Below are positions 36,602 through 38,580 of a stretch of DNA of 38,580 nucleotides, one piece after another. Made by a program: the position numbers and the translations under genes. Location of the stretch: positions 1 to 38,580 of IMG/VR virus record IMGVR_UViG_3300047546_000907, one strand, 5' to 3'. Source of the stretch: a virus (Duplodnaviria > Caudoviricetes). The notes beneath the pieces are model-generated. The model was not told where the DNA came from. It did not search any database and saw only the letters and a program-made list of their open reading frames with translations. Numbering within the stretch: position 1 is the first letter of the stretch; every line of letters starts with the position of its first letter.

Positions 36602-36610
36602 ATTATAACA
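36602..36610 (-). promoter_or_regulatory. Extended -10 promoter TGT-TATAAT
   Basis: Directly after the capsid terminator. Confidence 0.6.
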
Positions 36611-36616
36611 GATTAC

Positions 36617-36661
36617 TAAAAGTTAAGAGGGGGAGGAGATTGAACCCCTACCCCCTCTCAA
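36617..36661 (-). terminator. Rho-independent terminator after the major capsid gene
   Basis: TTGAGAGGGGGTAGGGG-TTCAAT-CTCCTCCCCCTCTTAA followed by CTTTT. Confidence 0.75.
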
Positions 36662-36678
36662 AGGTTACTGTTTACAGA

Positions 36679-37821
36679 TTATGCATCTGCAGCAGCGTCT
36701 GCCCATGCAATAGCGTCTTCTTCTTCCCATTGAATACCGAAGCGGACGAATACTGTGTATTCAATTGTGTCCTTCTTCGCCTTGTATTCACGGTTAACGA
36801 CGATATCACGTTGGAAGCCCCAAACACGGTTCTGAGGGAATGTCAAATCGACATAACCTGCAGGATAGTAAGGAACTTCTTGAACATCGATACCTAGAAC
36901 ACGAGTTGTACGTGCTCCACCGAATGTCTGTGCAGAACCATCAAGGTATGCTTGACGATTTGCAGATGTACCAGCAACACGGTTACCCATTGCTTCAGCA
37001 ATTGCATCAGCGAGAGTTCCGTTATGCTTGACGATACCTGCGAACACGTCTGTACCTGCATAGAACTTAAGATTATTCTTAAGTGCACGGTACTTACGTG
37101 GCATTGCAAGGATAATGTTTTGCATTACCTCTGGTGTCCATGCGTTGTCAGAAACTGTAACAACTGATTCATGTGAATCTCCGTTGTCTTGATGCTTCTT
37201 AACAAAGCCCTTCATAATAGAAAGGAAGTTACCTGTTGAACCATCACCATTGATAGCGAGATCTTCGATATCGTTAGCAAATGCGTTTGTCATAAGACGA
37301 ACGAGATGGTCTTCAAGTGCAGCCCCCTCAATATTATCTTCGAGTGCTTCAGCAGAAACTTCCCAATCGAGACGAATCTTCTTTGTAGTAAGTTCTACCT
37401 TGCTGAATGTTGCACCAGTATTTGTGTAATCGCCAACACCTTGAGCAGCAGCACGAATAACACGCTCACCAACGTTAACTTTTTCAAGTTCCATGGTGTT
37501 TGCTCTCATTGTGACACGACGACCGTCTTGGGCGAGAACAGTAGCATCCCATACATAATCGATGAAACGCTGTGCTTGTTCAGGGCGGAGAATTCCGCTT
37601 CCAGCCTCACCCGAAGGATTTACTGCGTTAGGACCTGTGGTCAAACCCAAATTTGCATTTGGAATATTACCAAGGACACCGCCTGTAGCATAGTTGCCAG
37701 GGATATTGGAACCTGCTTCAGATCCTGAAGCAAATCCACCTTGTGACTGGTACAAACCTGGTGTTTCTCCACCGAGTTGTCCAGATTCTCCTGGCTGATT
37801 TTTAATTAACTCTTCCGACAT
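36679..37821 (-). CDS. Major capsid protein (HK97 fold)
   Basis: GILRPEQAQRFID, EALEDNIEG, FANDIEDLAINGD, TFPQNRVWG. GGAGGTGA SD; followed by a terminator. Confidence 0.92.
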   Translation of the reverse strand: MSEELIKNQPGESGQLGGETPGLYQSQGGFASGSEAGSNIPGNYATGGVLGNIPNANLGLTTGPNAVNPSGEAGSGILRPEQAQRFIDYVWDATVLAQDGRRVTMRANTMELEKVNVGERVIRAAAQGVGDYTNTGATFSKVELTTKKIRLDWEVSAEALEDNIEGAALEDHLVRLMTNAFANDIEDLAINGDGSTGNFLSIMKGFVKKHQDNGDSHESVVTVSDNAWTPEVMQNIILAMPRKYRALKNNLKFYAGTDVFAGIVKHNGTLADAIAEAMGNRVAGTSANRQAYLDGSAQTFGGARTTRVLGIDVQEVPYYPAGYVDLTFPQNRVWGFQRDIVVNREYKAKKDTIEYTVFVRFGIQWEEEDAIAWADAAADA

Positions 37822-37847
37822 ATTGTCACCTCCAAGTTTTCTTTTAC

Positions 37848-38580
37848 CTATTTAAATAAGTCGGCTGTTTTGAGGAAACGTCCGCCCCATAAGGATTTTT
37901 CAACCACTTCTGGTTGATCCTGCACGATCTCGCCTAGATCGCCAGACTTTCGGAATGCTGTATCTGCTTCTACTGCGTCCACACGCTTTCCAAATCTATT
38001 AATTACTTCAGATGTTGCAGCGATGTCTTTGGCGACTGCTTCAAGTGAAGATTTTACTGCATCTGTATCGACCTTTGTAGACTTAAGCATTTCTACTTCT
38101 GCCTGCAAAGCCTTTACAGTTGTAACAAGATCGCTAAAGGCTGATGTAAGTGTATTTTTAACATCTGCAATTGCATTAACAATTGCCTCGTCTGACTTCT
38201 TTGCCTTATTCTCTTCGTCCATCTCAGCATTAGGACCTTCCTTAGAATCTTCTTCTTCGGTTTCCTTATCTGGATGTGCAGCCTTTTCAGTTTCTTCATT
38301 ATCTTTTGGATTTTCAGTATTTTCTGATTCCATTGATGATGCTTTTTCTGTTTCGACCACAGGAGTTTCTTCGGCAACAGCCTCTGGAGCAATCTCTTCT
38401 GACTTTGTAACTTCAACTGTTTCTTCAACAGCCTTTGCTTTTTTGGTCATAGGATTTACCTCCTCTATGGTCTTAGTATCAATGCCTTTAGCACTATCTA
38501 CTAAGAATTTAACTATATTCATTTTTTCGTTGTCTTCTTTTTCAACGAAACCTATATTTTCCATCTGATCGCCACTAACT
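37848..38580 (-). CDS. C-terminal part of prohead protease/scaffold (5' end outside the window)
   Basis: Frame stays open past ATG 38564 to the window edge (..VSGDQMENIG..). Acidic, coiled-coil, directly upstream of the capsid gene. Confidence 0.75.
   Translation of the reverse strand, partial: VSGDQMENIGFVEKEDNEKMNIVKFLVDSAKGIDTKTIEEVNPMTKKAKAVEETVEVTKSEEIAPEAVAEETPVVETEKASSMESENTENPKDNEETEKAAHPDKETEEEDSKEGPNAEMDEENKAKKSDEAIVNAIADVKNTLTSAFSDLVTTVKALQAEVEMLKSTKVDTDAVKSSLEAVAKDIAATSEVINRFGKRVDAVEADTAFRKSGDLGEIVQDQPEVVEKSLWGGRFLKTADLFK

Noticed and set aside
36630-36655. GGGGTTCAATCTCC resembling a tRNA T-arm
   Set aside because: 6-nt loop and no D or anticodon arms; better explained as the capsid terminator hairpin.
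38023-38568. 181-aa plus-strand ORF, and other plus-strand ORFs such as 6854..7336, 37306..37728 and 26884..27252
   Set aside because: Antisense shadows of well-supported minus-strand genes, Ser/Phe-rich, with no recognisable motifs.
1-38580. Stop-codon reassignment, integrase or mobile elements
   Set aside because: Genes tile densely in the standard code using TAA, TGA and TAG stops. No integrase, transposase or reverse transcriptase motifs were seen.

Overview
A 38.6 kb segment of a large, AT-rich tailed dsDNA phage (siphovirus-type). Every credible gene is on the minus strand. In transcription order (high to low coordinates): end of prohead protease/scaffold, major capsid, head-tail joining genes, major tail, two tail-assembly-chaperone paralogs, a 2379-aa tape measure, tail tip/baseplate genes, a Zn-ribbon plus MerR-like HTH pair, replication genes (DnaB, DnaG, gp32-like SSB, DnaE, MazG-like), recombination genes (RecA, PD-(D/E)XK resolvase-like, Cas4-like, RuvC-like), then terminase small and large subunits. 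Gene content and order resemble large actinobacteriophages such as Streptomyces cluster BE/BK types. With the low GC, TANNNT-type promoters and apparent leaderless starts, this suggests (inference) a low-GC actinobacterial host. Most notable: (1) the usual G/GT programmed frameshift appears replaced by a gene duplication with separate expression signals; (2) three paralogous non-canonical 2OG-Fe(II) dioxygenase-like genes sit within the recombination operon; (3) AGCT, and apparently CCGG and CGCG, were not found in a manual scan; (4) a dyad-containing promoter and two coupled mini-ORFs lie downstream of the MerR-like gene. All calls come from reading motifs by eye; no database searches were run.
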